From positions 2,432,001 to 2,496,000 of the forward strand of contig CAWEEQ010000004.1 in NCBI GenBank assembly GCA_963808235.1: a stretch of 64,000 bases of DNA, written 5' to 3'. Below the pieces are notes generated by a model. It saw only the letters and a list, made by a program, of their open reading frames with translations. It was not told the DNA's origin and searched no databases. This DNA comes from an uncultured delta proteobacterium (lineage in GTDB: Bacteria > Desulfobacterota > Binatia > Binatales > Binataceae). This document shows, one piece after another, positions 47,823 to 58,348 of the stretch. Both the position numbers and the translations under genes were made by a program. Positions within the stretch are counted from its first letter, which is position 1. Every line of letters starts with the position of its first letter.

Positions 47823-50582
47823 CTACTTATTACTCACTTTCTCCGGAACTGTGGCCACCTGCGCCGGCAACGTCTGTCCCGGATGAGTCCCGAACCAGAA
47901 AATATAGTCGCGCAGCGCGCGGATCTGATCGTCCTGCTTGCCGCCCAGAATATCGTCGGGACCGCCCGGGTAAAACGACGGCATCTTGGTCCCCGGCTGG
48001 AGCGACGGCGGATTTGCGATCCACTTCAATATCCATTCCGGGTTCAGCCGCTGATGCGCCAGCGCAAGATCCGGCGCCCATCCGGACTCCGGCCCCTCGG
48101 GCTTCTTGTCGCCCTGCTGATGACAACTGAAGCAGTTGAAGTAATCCTTCGTCATCAGCTTCGCTCCGGCTTGCAGCTCGGCCGGCGGAATCAGGTTCGT
48201 GTTGATGAACATATACGGCACGTTCACGTCGGAGAGCGCCGTGAAGTAGTTCACGATGGTATCGTCTTCGGCGTTGGTGAAGTGGAAGGTCGGCATCCTT
48301 ATCTTAAGCCACGGACGAATCGGCGTCGGCCCTTGCAGGAACGTGAATAGCCACTCGGGCTGAACCTTGAAACCTTCGCCGTTGAGTATCGGCGGCGCGA
48401 AGTTTATTTGGTCTTCGGGGTAGAAGCGCCGGATATAGCCACCGCGATTCTCGACGATATGGCATCCCACGCAGTTGTAGTAATTGACCATCCGCCGGCC
48501 CGCGACGATCTGCGTCTGATGCTCCGAGCCGGGCATCCGGTAACGCTCCAGCACCGAGCCCTGGGTCAGACTCGCGAGGAACCCGACTATGTTATTGATG
48601 TCGGCGTCGTCGAAGTCGAAATTCGGCATCAACTGCTCGACGTCCTTGGTCGCGTAGATGCGCGGGGTCTGGAGCTTGTGGAACGTCCATTGATCCCACG
48701 TCTCGGGAATGTTGGTCTGGTTGCCGAAAAATAATTCGTCGAGATGCTTCGACCCAAAGGTCGTCAACTCGACGCCAATTCGCGACTCCTTGTCCATCCC
48801 CTCGATCTCATGACATCCGAAGCATCCGTACTTGCGCACCAGCGCCTCGCCCTTCTTGATATTCTCGGGATCCTTCAGCGCGGTTTCGACGCCGGCGTCT
48901 TCCTTCTTATCGCCATGAGTCATCAGGAACGCGGTCAGCGCTTCGGCTTCATGATCGGACAGGCGCAGCGAAGGCATCGCGGTGTGCGGCGAGAAATCGC
49001 GCGGATTCTTGAGCCAGGTATATACCCACGACGCCGAAGTCTTCTCCGCGATCTTGCTCAGGTTGGGCGCGAAGTCCTTGGTCGTGCGCGCCTCGGCCGG
49101 CTTGAAGTTTGCCGCGTCGCCGACCGGCGCGCCGTACTGGTCCGGCTCGACTGCATGACAGCCCTTGCATCCCACCGACTCGAACAGCCCCTTGCCTTCC
49201 TCGACGAAGGCGGGATTTTTGATGTCAGCCTCGAGCGTCGGCAATTCCGGATGCGCCGTCGTCCAGTCTTTCGAATTCTTGCTCGAGCTATCCAGGATAA
49301 ACGCCGCAAGCTGGGTCGCTTCATCGTGATTGAACATGAAGTTCGGCATCCGCGTATGCGGCCGGAACGTGTGCGGATCGGTGATCCATCTAACCGTCCA
49401 CGACGGATCGAGCTTGGCCGACGCCAGCTTCAGGTACGGCCCGATCTTCGGCATGTCTTCGTAGCCTTCGACCAGGTGGCATCCCGTGCATCCCATCTGC
49501 TCGAACATGCGCTCGCCTTCGACCCAGTTCGCCGCGATAGGCTTGCCATCCGCGCCGACCAGTGACGCAACGTCGATATGGCACTTGATGCATCGCGACT
49601 GCATCTTGTCGCCCTTGAGCATCGGGAAATCCCAATCCGGATCGTTGCCATGCGCAAGCCGCGCCGAGCTGACCGCGGCGCCCTGGCCGTCGTGACACGG
49701 CGTGCATCCGAGTTTTTCCGGCGGATGTTTCAAGATGACTTGATCGAAGTTCGGATGGGTGCGAAATGGCTCGGGCGCATTCTCGAAGCCCTTCTTGTCG
49801 ATGCCCATGTGGCAGCTTTGGCATCGATCGACGCGCGCGACTGCCTGGTCGAATGCGTTGCGATCGAAATCGTCGATCGCGGTCTGCTGAATCTTTGGAA
49901 TTTTCGGATAGCGGAACAGAACCGTGTTGCGCAGCTTGACCGGAATCATCCAGGAGTCAGCTTTGTCGACGAAGTCGTCATGCTTAGCGTCGAGTTTCTT
50001 CTTCTGCTCGGTCAGAGTCTCGACTCTCGAGGTCAGCGCCTCGATCTGATCCTTGACCGCCTGCAGATTGGCCTTGGCCTTATCGGAGACGATATTCTCC
50101 TGCGCCAGTTCCGCGTTAAGCTGGTCGATCTCGTTCTTGTACGGTGTCGGGTCTTCCTTTTCCTGAACCGCGTGGTTGTAGTCGTACCATCGTTCGGTCA
50201 GGAACGACTTGGTGAAGCGGACCAGCTGGTCCTTGTCGTCGGCGGCGACCTTGAGAGCGGGCAATTGCGCGCGCAGCTCGTCGAGCTTGGCCCCTGTCGC
50301 GCCGGAATCGAGTTCCTTTTGCGCCTGCGCCAGATCCTTCGAGACTTTCTGATATTCCGGATCGGCGTTGAGCCGCTTCTGCTCGTCGGCCGCGTCCTGC
50401 ATGTACTTGTCGTACGCCAGCCGATCCCACTTGACCTGGTATTCCTTCCACGGCCGGCGCGAGATGTTGTCGTCCCAGATCGACCAGACCGCGCTCACCA
50501 GCAGCACCGCCACCAGCAGCACGAACAGCGCGCTGTATGATTTCCCTTCCTCGGTAGGATCCAGCCCCGGTCTGCCAGCCAT
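47823..50582 (-). CDS. Membrane-anchored octaheme c-type cytochrome with coiled-coil stalk
   Basis: Eight CxxCH motifs (CQSCH, CTPCH, CIKCH, CTGCH, CKGCH, CFGCH, CVGCH, CFSCH), N-terminal TM, repeated MP axial-Met motifs. Confidence 0.93.
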   Translation of the reverse strand: MAGRPGLDPTEEGKSYSALFVLLVAVLLVSAVWSIWDDNISRRPWKEYQVKWDRLAYDKYMQDAADEQKRLNADPEYQKVSKDLAQAQKELDSGATGAKLDELRAQLPALKVAADDKDQLVRFTKSFLTERWYDYNHAVQEKEDPTPYKNEIDQLNAELAQENIVSDKAKANLQAVKDQIEALTSRVETLTEQKKKLDAKHDDFVDKADSWMIPVKLRNTVLFRYPKIPKIQQTAIDDFDRNAFDQAVARVDRCQSCHMGIDKKGFENAPEPFRTHPNFDQVILKHPPEKLGCTPCHDGQGAAVSSARLAHGNDPDWDFPMLKGDKMQSRCIKCHIDVASLVGADGKPIAANWVEGERMFEQMGCTGCHLVEGYEDMPKIGPYLKLASAKLDPSWTVRWITDPHTFRPHTRMPNFMFNHDEATQLAAFILDSSSKNSKDWTTAHPELPTLEADIKNPAFVEEGKGLFESVGCKGCHAVEPDQYGAPVGDAANFKPAEARTTKDFAPNLSKIAEKTSASWVYTWLKNPRDFSPHTAMPSLRLSDHEAEALTAFLMTHGDKKEDAGVETALKDPENIKKGEALVRKYGCFGCHEIEGMDKESRIGVELTTFGSKHLDELFFGNQTNIPETWDQWTFHKLQTPRIYATKDVEQLMPNFDFDDADINNIVGFLASLTQGSVLERYRMPGSEHQTQIVAGRRMVNYYNCVGCHIVENRGGYIRRFYPEDQINFAPPILNGEGFKVQPEWLFTFLQGPTPIRPWLKIRMPTFHFTNAEDDTIVNYFTALSDVNVPYMFINTNLIPPAELQAGAKLMTKDYFNCFSCHQQGDKKPEGPESGWAPDLALAHQRLNPEWILKWIANPPSLQPGTKMPSFYPGGPDDILGGKQDDQIRALRDYIFWFGTHPGQTLPAQVATVPEKVSNK

Positions 50583-50610
50583 CTGCTCTACCTAACCTCA
50601 ACTCCGCGCG

Positions 50611-50787
50611 TCATGTGCGGGATCCCCAGTAACCCTCGATGATATAGCCGGCCAGAAAAACCAGGATGCCAATCCCGGTGAACTTGTACTCGTTGCCCAT
50701 CCCGTGCGGCTGCGTAACTCCGATGTAGAGCGCGAAGCCAACGTCGGCGAGTCCGAGCGCCTGCAATACTTTGGCGAGGATGAACAC
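50611..50787 (-). CDS. 58-aa two-TM microprotein
   Basis: GTG start, MFILAKVLQALGLADVGFALYIG...FTGIGILVFLAGYIIEGYWGSRT*; below the ORF-track cutoff; fills an operon gap. Confidence 0.65.
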   Translation of the reverse strand: MFILAKVLQALGLADVGFALYIGVTQPHGMGNEYKFTGIGILVFLAGYIIEGYWGSRT

Positions 50788-50802
50788 CAGCTCGCGGCCA
50801 CG

Positions 50803-51705
50803 TCAGATGTTAATCCACGGCGTAACCAGTATGTACTTGATATTGAGGGCGTGACGCAGCGCCATCTTGATGAACACGCCGGCCATCGCGAGCAACAGGA
50901 AGCCGGTGATTCCAAATCGCACCGGACCCCACTTCTGCAGAATTTCGGGACCGCCGCCGGGGAACGCCGACCACGGATCGTGCGCGGGCCGCGATCGTAT
51001 CCAGAAATATAGCGCCGCATAGCCGACCACGAAGTAGCCGACTATCAGCGTCAATCCGAAAATCGCCGACGCCAGGTAATCGCGGAAGCCGAACATGTAC
51101 GGCAGATCGACGTTAGTCAGCGCCTCGACCAGATGCGGATCCCAGACCTGCCCCGGCCAGAACCAGTTCCATCCCGGTCCGCGGAAAAACGTGCCGATGA
51201 TAATGAACGAGACCCACAAAATGTGGAACCCGATAAAGAACGCCAAAATCTCGAACGAGCGCTCGCGCAAAGTGTAGTAGCCGTTGCCCTTAGGATTGAT
51301 GTCGAGATACGGAATCAGCATCAGCCCGACGATGATCAAAGTCGGCAGCACCACGCCCGCGTACCACGGGTCGAAGAACACCAGCATTTCCTGCAAGCCC
51401 AGGAAGTACCACGGCGCCTTCGACGGATTCGGCGTGCGGGTCGGATTCGACGGCTGCTCGAGCGGCGCGTTCAGCAGCAGCGACCATACCGTCAGCACGA
51501 TGATCACCAGCAGCGTCATCAGAAATTCGTTGCGGACCAGGAACGGCCAGGTGTGCAGCTTCTCCTCGATACCGGAGCCGGCCTTCTTGATCGGAACTTC
51601 GATTTGCTTCGAGCCACCGCCTGACGCCGGCGTCCGCGACGCGGCGCCGCCCGCGCCCGCCGCACGCATCACGATATTGCTCCCGTTACCTTGCTCGCTT
51701 GCCAT
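50803..51705 (-). CDS. Cytochrome b/b6 subunit IV-like protein (planctomycete type)
   Basis: HTWPFLV, APLEQPSNPTRTPNPSKAPWYFLGLQEML (PEWY-equivalent), PYLDINP. Confidence 0.9.
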   Translation of the reverse strand: MASEQGNGSNIVMRAAGAGGAASRTPASGGGSKQIEVPIKKAGSGIEEKLHTWPFLVRNEFLMTLLVIIVLTVWSLLLNAPLEQPSNPTRTPNPSKAPWYFLGLQEMLVFFDPWYAGVVLPTLIIVGLMLIPYLDINPKGNGYYTLRERSFEILAFFIGFHILWVSFIIIGTFFRGPGWNWFWPGQVWDPHLVEALTNVDLPYMFGFRDYLASAIFGLTLIVGYFVVGYAALYFWIRSRPAHDPWSAFPGGGPEILQKWGPVRFGITGFLLLAMAGVFIKMALRHALNIKYILVTPWINI

Positions 51706-51752
51706 GGTTAATCTCTTGCGTTCGGCAGCAAAGATCTTTTTTCAATATTCCT

Positions 51753-51905
51753 TTAGCCCGCGCGCTTCTCGCCGTCCTCGTCGTCATGCCACGGCTCAGG
51801 CGCTGAAAGTACGTACATCAGGTAGAGCAACAGCACCATCCCGATCGGCACCGACAGCACGCGCACGATTCCCTGGTGCAAAAGCCATGAAAACACATCA
51901 CCCAT
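51753..51905 (-). CDS. 50-aa single-TM microprotein
   Basis: MGDVFSWLLHQGIVRVLSVPIGMVLLLYLMYVLSAPEPWHDDEDGEKRAG*; lies between cytochrome b and subunit IV. Confidence 0.55.
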   Translation of the reverse strand: MGDVFSWLLHQGIVRVLSVPIGMVLLLYLMYVLSAPEPWHDDEDGEKRAG

Positions 51906-51919
51906 CTAAGCCCAATCTC

Positions 51920-52051
51920 TTTTGTGTCATTCCTATTTTGTGTCATCCCGAGCGCAGCCGAGGGACCCCGGATCTTTCTCGCCGCAAAACACTTCAACTT
52001 CGCTTGGGGCCTGCGGAGCCGCACCGCTCGAAATCAATATCCAGTTACGCA
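51920..52051 (-). repeat. ~130-bp dispersed repeat, inverted copy of 313..442
   Basis: tgtcatcccgagcgcagccgagggaccccggatctttctcgccgcaaaacacttc...atcaatatccagttacgca. Confidence 0.8.
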
Positions 52052-52060
52052 CAGCTCTCC

Positions 52061-52834
52061 CTAAAGCGGCCCCGACATTCCGTCGCGCCGAATTCTCCAA
52101 AAGTGCACCGCCATGAAGATAGTCGCGAGCAGCGGAAAGAAGATGCAGTGCAAAATGTAAAATCGCAGTAGCGTATGCGGTCCAATTTCCGCGCCGCCAA
52201 ATAAAAACGCGCGCGCGTCGTAAACCGGATTCACTCCGAGCACTTCATGGAACGGCCCGCCATGCCCGAGCAGCGGAATAGCGCGCGCCATGTTCGAGCC
52301 GACCGTAACCGCCCAAATTGAAAGTTGATCCCACGGCAATAAATATCCGGTGAACGACAGCAGCAGCGTCAGCACCAGCAGGATCACGCCCACTACCCAG
52401 TTGAATTCGCGCGGCGGTTTGTACGATCCGGTCATGAACACGCGGAACATATGCAGCCAGACCGCGATCACCATTCCGTGCGCGGCCCATCGATGCATAT
52501 TGCGCATCAGCATCCCGAACGGCATGTCGAATTCGAGATACTTCATGTCGGCGTACGCGTATTCCGCCGTCGGCCGATAGTAGAACATCAGGTACACGCC
52601 GGTGATCACGGTCACCAGAAAAAGCAGGAACGTGATTCCGCCCATGCACCAGGTGAAGCGAAGGCGCACCGTATGCTTCTGCACTTTTGACGGATGCAGA
52701 TGCAGCCACACGTTGCCGGATACCATCAGGATCCGGTTGCGCGGAGTGTCTTCGTAACCGTGCCTGAAAATCGATTGCCAGGCTTGCGAATCGGTTATCT
52801 GGCGTTTGGTTTCGTCCCAATCAAACTTAGCCAT
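52061..52834 (-). CDS. petB: Cytochrome b6-like N-terminal subunit
   Basis: WCMGG (heme ci Cys), RNMHRW..H.M...LHM, PREFNW, FTGYLLPWDQ, RFYILH...H. Confidence 0.93.
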   Translation of the reverse strand: MAKFDWDETKRQITDSQAWQSIFRHGYEDTPRNRILMVSGNVWLHLHPSKVQKHTVRLRFTWCMGGITFLLFLVTVITGVYLMFYYRPTAEYAYADMKYLEFDMPFGMLMRNMHRWAAHGMVIAVWLHMFRVFMTGSYKPPREFNWVVGVILLVLTLLLSFTGYLLPWDQLSIWAVTVGSNMARAIPLLGHGGPFHEVLGVNPVYDARAFLFGGAEIGPHTLLRFYILHCIFFPLLATIFMAVHFWRIRRDGMSGPL

Positions 52835-53045
52835 CCGCTAGCGAGCTCCATGAAGACGCTCCACGAACGAGCGACCTCTCCAATCTCACTGATTACTCTA
52901 AACAATTCCAAATTGTACAGCGTCGACCCGCGCCCGCCGGTTCAAAATCCGGCGTAAGGCTACCTAATTTTGCCCCCGCTCTGCAACAAAGAAGGCTCAT
53001 TGATGCGCGATTTCCAATTTGCGTCTGTGGATTCCCGCAGCCGCA

Positions 53046-53090
53046 TAAAATAAACGCCCCGCCCGGCCACGATGGCCGGACAGGGCGCTC
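53046..53090 (-). terminator. Probable intrinsic terminator
   Basis: cgccc..ccggcca/tggccgg..gggcg stem with an A-rich run on the left. Confidence 0.55.
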
Positions 53091-53160
53091 TTAAACTGCA
53101 CCGCAAGATCGATCATGAAGATCGATCATGCGGTGAAATCCGATCCCGTCCTATCGCGCC

Positions 53161-56100
53161 CTAAGGCCCGGTCCCCGTCAGCGCGACATTATGCGGACTG
53201 GTCGGATCGCTCCCGATACTCACCGGGATACTCGCACTCTCCGCCGTTGCGTGGAGCGAGGGCGTGAACGTAATCAAGATCGTGCAAATCGAGTTGGGCG
53301 ACACCGTGCCACCGCAAGTTCCGCCCGCCACCACCGCGAAGTCGCCCGCGTTCGCGCCGGTGACGCTCCCCTCGCTCACCGACAGCGAAAATGCCGACAG
53401 GTTGGTGACCGTGATGGGCTTGGTCTTCGGCGATGTCCTGGCCGTCAGGATGCCGAATGCCAGTGTGACCGGCTTGACCGTCGCCGGGATGTTCTCAGCG
53501 CTGGTGAATGAAACCGTGTACGGCCCGAGCGTATCGGGGCTGTCGATAACCTTCATCGTCGCCGATTCGGTGCCCAGCGCAGTCGGTGCGTAGGTGACAA
53601 TCAATGTGCATGACAGTTTGGCCCCCAGCGTCGATGCCGGCGTCAGCGCCAGGCAAGTGCCGCCCGTCACGCTGAAATCGCTGGCGTTGGTCCCGCTGAA
53701 GCCCGGCGGCAAGGTCAGCGTAACCGGGTTGGTCTGATTGTTGTGCACCGTGATCGTCGTGGTCCGCTTCGAGCCAATCTTCGTGCTGAGGAATTGGAAG
53801 CTCGCCGGCAAGACCGTCATGTCAACCGTGCCGGTGCCGCTGAGCGCGACATGCTGCGGGCTGCTCGATGCGTTGTCGTTGACCGACAGCGTCGCGCCAT
53901 GCAACCCGACCAACGTCGGCGTAAACGCGATCGCGATCGCGCAGGTGCCCAGATGCGCCAATCCGCCGCCCGGGCAACTGTTTGCCGTGACCGCATATTC
54001 AGGATCGCTCGAGCTCACGTTGCCGACGAACAGTAAGTGCGTACCGGTGTTCTCGACCTTGATGTTCTTGGTGACCGTGTCGCCAACCGGAACGTTGCCG
54101 AAAGCGAGCGAAGCCGTCACCGTTAGCGTGGTCGTCGGCGTCGGCGTTGCCGTCGGCGTGGCGGTGGCAGTCGCGCTTGCAGTTGCTGTCGCCGTGGCCG
54201 TGGCGGTAGCGGTATTCGTCCCTGATGCCGTTGGCGTCGCCGTATGGGTCGCAGTCGCCGTGGCGGTTGCGGTGGATGTGGCAGTAGGCGTGGGTGATGA
54301 TGTCACGCCGACTGCTGGCTTGTCGTACTCGAGCACCCGGTTGTTGGTCGCGTCGGCGACGTATACGTTGCCGCTGGCGTCCACCCCAATCCCTTCGGGG
54401 GTGCACAGGTCGCTGGCGGTGGGATTGCCTGAGATGCTGTCGGAATTACAGGCGCGCGACGTGAAATCGCCGCCCTGCCCGAACACCAGATCGGCGGTGG
54501 TGTCGCCCGCGGACCCAGGCGTCCCCGGGTTGCCGCCGCCGGCCGCCAGTGGAGATTCGTATTTGAGCACCCGATTGTTGTTGAAGTCGCCGACGTAGAG
54601 GTTGTTGCTGCCGTCCAGCGCGACACCCGCAGGCAAACAGAGGCTGTCCGCAGTCACTTCGGGGGAGTCGCAGTTAGCTGGAAGTGAAAGCGCCGCCCTG
54701 TCCGAACACCAAATCGGCGGTCGTGTCGCCGCTCCCGGCGGTCGCGGTTACGGTCAGCGGAGCGTTGTATTCGAGCACGCGGTTGTTCGATTGGTCGGCG
54801 ACGTAGAGGTTGCTGTTGGCGTCCAGCGCCACACCCACCGGGAAACAGAGGCTGTTCGCAGTCACTCCGCCGTGGTCGCAGTCGCTGCTAGCGAAATTGC
54901 CGCCCTGCCCGAACACGTGATCGGCGGTCGTGTCGCCCGCGGAACCAGGCGTCCCGGGGGTGCCGGGGCCGGGCGCCAGCGGATTGTTGTATTCGAGTAC
55001 GCGGTTGTTATTTTGGTCGGCAACATACAGGTTGCGGCCGGCGTCCGTCGCGACCCCAAACGGGACGCACAGGTCGTCGGCGGTGGAATTGCCGAAGGTA
55101 TCGGAATTGCACTCGTTGGAAGTGAAATCGCCGCGCTGACCGAAGACCCGATTGGCCGGATGCCCTACGCACGGGAATGTGCCTCCGCACCCGGCGAATG
55201 GGGTGTTATATTCGAGCACTCGAGCGTTACCTGTGTCGGCGACATAGAGGTTGCCGCCGGCGTCTACCGCAACCCCATTGGAGGTGCACAGGCTGCTCGA
55301 GCTAATTCCGCCGTTGTCGCAGGCGCTTGAGAGAAAGTCGGGCTGGCCTATCACCAGATCGGCCGGACCGCCGTTCACGAATGTGGTTACATCCTTGTAA
55401 CCCAGCACGCGGCTGTTCGACTCGTCAGACACGTAGAGCCGGTTCGGCGTCACGCTCGTGTCAATCGCTACGGACTCGGGAGCGGAAAAGCCCTTGGCAT
55501 CGATCAAGTTCTCGGCATTGTGCAAAAAGTCGAGCTGCCCCAGCACAATATCGGCAGTAGTGGTAACCGGAGTGTTGTATTCGAGCACGCGATTGTTGCT
55601 CTGGTCGGCGATATAGAGGTTTCCACTCGCGTCCACCGCAACCCCCAACGGTAAGAAGAGGCTGTCCGCGCTCACCCCGCCGTTGTTGGATGCGCTCGAT
55701 GTGAAACTGCCGCCCTGCCCGAACACCACATCGGCGGTGGTGTCGCCGGCGGAACCGGGCGTGCCTGGGGTGCCGCCTCCCGCTGCCAGCGGATTGGCGT
55801 ATTTCAGCACGCGGTGGTTGGTTCCGTCGGCCACGTAGAGGTTGCCGCCAGAGTCCAGCGCAACCCCAAAGGGAAAGCCCATGCTGTCCGCACTCAGTCC
55901 GCCGTTGTTGAAATTGTTGGAAGTAAAGCTGCCGCCCTGCCCGAATACCCGATCGGCGATGGTGTCGCCGCTCCCCGCAGTCGCGGTTTCGGTCAGCGGA
56001 GTGTTGTATTCGAGCACGCGATTGTTGTCGAAGTCGGCGATATAAACGTTGCCACTGGCATCCACCGCAGCCCCCTCGGGGAAGCACAGGCTGCTCGCAC

Positions 56101-56884
56101 TCAACCCGCAATCCTGGGATGTGAAGCTGCCGCCTTGCCCGAACACGTGATCAGCGGTGGTGTCGCCCGCGGAACCAGGCGTCCCGGGAGTGCCCGGCCC
56201 AGGTGCCAGCGGATTGTCGTATTCAACTACACGGTTGTTGCCTTGGTCGGCGACATAGAGGTTGCCGCTCGCGTCGGTCGTAACTCCGTGCAGGGAGCAC
56301 AAGTCGTCGGCGGTGGGATTGGCGTTGGTGTCGGAATCGCATCCGGCCGATGTGAAATCGCCGCCCTGCCCGAAGACCCGATTGGCCGCACCCCCAACGC
56401 ACGGGAATGTGCCTCCGCATCCGGCGAACGGAGTGTTGTATTCGAGCACCCGGTCATTGCCCTGGTCGCCGATGTAGAGGTTGCCGCTTGGGTCCACGGC
56501 CACGCCAGCGGGTTCGCACAGGCTGCTCGCGCTGGTTTCGCCGTTGTCGCAGATGCCTGAGATAAAGTCGGGCTGACCTATCACCAGGTCCGCCGCCTTG
56601 CCGTTCACGAATGCGGTTACACTCTTGTAGCCCAGCACGCGGCTGTTATTGAAGTCGGCGACGTAGAGCCGGTTTGGGGTCACGCTCGTGTCGATCGCCA
56701 CCGCGCCAGGAGCGGAAAGTCCCTTGGCGTCGATCAAGTTCGGGGCATTGTGCAAAAAGTCGAACTGCCCCAGTACGCGATCCGCAATCGTATCGCCCTG
56801 CATCGCGACCGAAGGGATCGCCAAAGCGGCGGCAGCGATCACCAAGCTCGGCGCTACGAATTTCCAAAACCCGGATTTGAACAC
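53161..56884 (-). CDS. Large secreted NHL-repeat beta-propeller protein with Thr/Ala linker and ASH/choice-of-anchor-D Ig domains (+1 frameshift at ~54676)
   Basis: Many P.GVAVDASGNLYVAD..NNRVLEY repeats, a TATATAT stalk and three Ig-like domains; removing one base joins the two ORFs (FTSSNCDSPEVTADSLC). Confidence 0.88.
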
Positions 56885-56952
56885 CTCGATTCCCCTCCCC
56901 AATTCGCGCCGCCTCTCTGTGAATCCGACGAGGTTGCGGTTGCTGTGAAAAC

Positions 56953-56974
56953 ACGACTAGGCCGGACTAGTCGT
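56953..56974. promoter_or_regulatory. Operator-like dyad over the promoter of the NHL gene
   Basis: ACGACTAG-N6-CTAGTCGT; TTGACG upstream on minus. Confidence 0.45.
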
Positions 56975-57143
56975 ACAGTGTCGAAGCGTCAACAAGTACT
57001 TATTTACTTACCGCAAGTCAATATTTCCGTCTGAAAAGGGGAAAACTTAACTTAAAGTAGTACAACCTTTCCCAAAAACATCTTGAGACGATGCGCGCGC
57101 AATCGAGAACGACGAGACTCGTCACAGGCGCCTTTTTCGCGGT

Positions 57144-57159
57144 TGGCACCTGCTTTGCT
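57144..57159 (+). promoter_or_regulatory. Sigma54 -24/-12 promoter
   Basis: TGGCAC-CTGCT-TTGCT, exact consensus spacing. Confidence 0.75.
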
Positions 57160-57218
57160 CCTCTTTACTTGTGGACGGTGGTTCCGTCCTTGAATGCTGT
57201 GAAAATGGAGAAAATCGT

Positions 57219-57737
57219 GTGAAACGTGGAACTATTTTTACGATGATCTCAGCCGCCGTCCTGATAGCTGGAACGATCACCCCTGCTTTCGCTCAGTATT
57301 ATCCTCCCGGTTATGCCCATGGCGATCGCGACTGGAACAACGCCGATGCGAGCGGGGCAGCCCGGCGATGGGAAGGGTTCCTCGATTCGGAATCGAACCG
57401 GGATTTTGCCCGCATTTTCCGAGGAAATCCCAATATCATTCGCGATCCGAACTACATGGAACAGTGGTCCGGAGCTCGCGACCTGCTCCGCAACGACCCC
57501 GAGGTTCGCGATTACGTGCATCAGACCGTCCACGACTATTCGGATCTGCGACCCAATGAGAAGTGGCTTCTCCTGCTCGAGGAAAATCCTGACTTCGCGG
57601 AGCGTTACCATCAGAACCCGAGCATCATAAACGACTCGAACCTGGCTGGTAGCGAACCCGAAATCGGCGAATTTCTGCGAACCAATCCGGAGGTCCGACC
57701 CTATCTGGATAGCTACGCCCGACGCGATCGTTACTAG
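57219..57737 (+). CDS. Secreted hypothetical protein with a two-fold internal repeat
   Basis: Signal peptide ending AFA; F.....NP.II.D......L...PEVR occurs twice; GGAG SD. Confidence 0.75.
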   Translation: MKRGTIFTMISAAVLIAGTITPAFAQYYPPGYAHGDRDWNNADASGAARRWEGFLDSESNRDFARIFRGNPNIIRDPNYMEQWSGARDLLRNDPEVRDYVHQTVHDYSDLRPNEKWLLLLEENPDFAERYHQNPSIINDSNLAGSEPEIGEFLRTNPEVRPYLDSYARRDRY

Positions 57738-57762
57738 TTCGCGCGTCTCGAGCGCGGAGCGC

Positions 57763-57800
57763 AAAAGGAGGCCGGCTGCGATGCCGGTCCTCTCAAAAAA
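57763..57800. terminator. Terminator between convergent genes
   Basis: aaaaggaggccggc-tgcgat-gccggtcctc. Confidence 0.55.
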
Positions 57801-57812
57801 TTTACCAAAACA

Positions 57813-58208
57813 CTACGACGATTGAGGTTTGCCACCCCGGCGCGGACTTCGACTGAAGAACGAAACCACCAGCCCCCACATCACCATCACCAGAGCGATT
57901 CCGATCACGCCGAGTCCCACTCCGGCCAGGATTCCCGTGGCGCACAGGATCGCGCCGATCACGAACAGCGGAATAGCAAACGCGATCGGATTGAACGGAT
58001 CGTTCCGCGCCGCCCGCTCGACCATCGCTGCCGCCTGCTCGGCCGTGCCCGCATCCTCGTTGCTTTCCTTGAGCAGGCTCACCGCATAGTCGGTGAGCTC
58101 CTGGCGATTGGGCATCGCGCGCAAACGGTCGGCCAGCTCCTTGGCGAGCTGCTCGACGCGTTCGTCGTTGGCCTGCGATTCGCTATCTGGTTTGTTCGAT
58201 TCAGCCAC
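57813..58208 (-). CDS. Hypothetical membrane protein
   Basis: Soluble N-terminal part plus a 2-TM hairpin; GTG start. Confidence 0.7.
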   Translation of the reverse strand: MAESNKPDSESQANDERVEQLAKELADRLRAMPNRQELTDYAVSLLKESNEDAGTAEQAAAMVERAARNDPFNPIAFAIPLFVIGAILCATGILAGVGLGVIGIALVMVMWGLVVSFFSRSPRRGGKPQSS

Positions 58209-58348
58209 GGCCTTAGCTTGTCTCAAGACGAGATCGGGATGTCAACGCGACCTCCCGCTGGCGGATGAAGCTGCGCAGTGGCGACGCCTAGCGGCGGCGG
58301 TTGGCAAGTTTTGCAGGGGGAACAGGCCAGAGTGCGAAATCCGCAGGG

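Noticed and set aside
47330-47840. Target-site duplication around the hypothetical gene inside the cytochrome cluster
   Set aside because: Only a ~7-10 nt partial match (agtgagt), which is not significant
53099-53135. 13-bp tandem repeat aagatcgatcatg x2 within a palindrome
   Set aside because: Only two units, next to a terminator, with no supporting context
54125-54300. Short-period repeat resembling an array
   Set aside because: It encodes the Thr/Ala/Pro linker; it is not a CRISPR array or a non-coding VNTR
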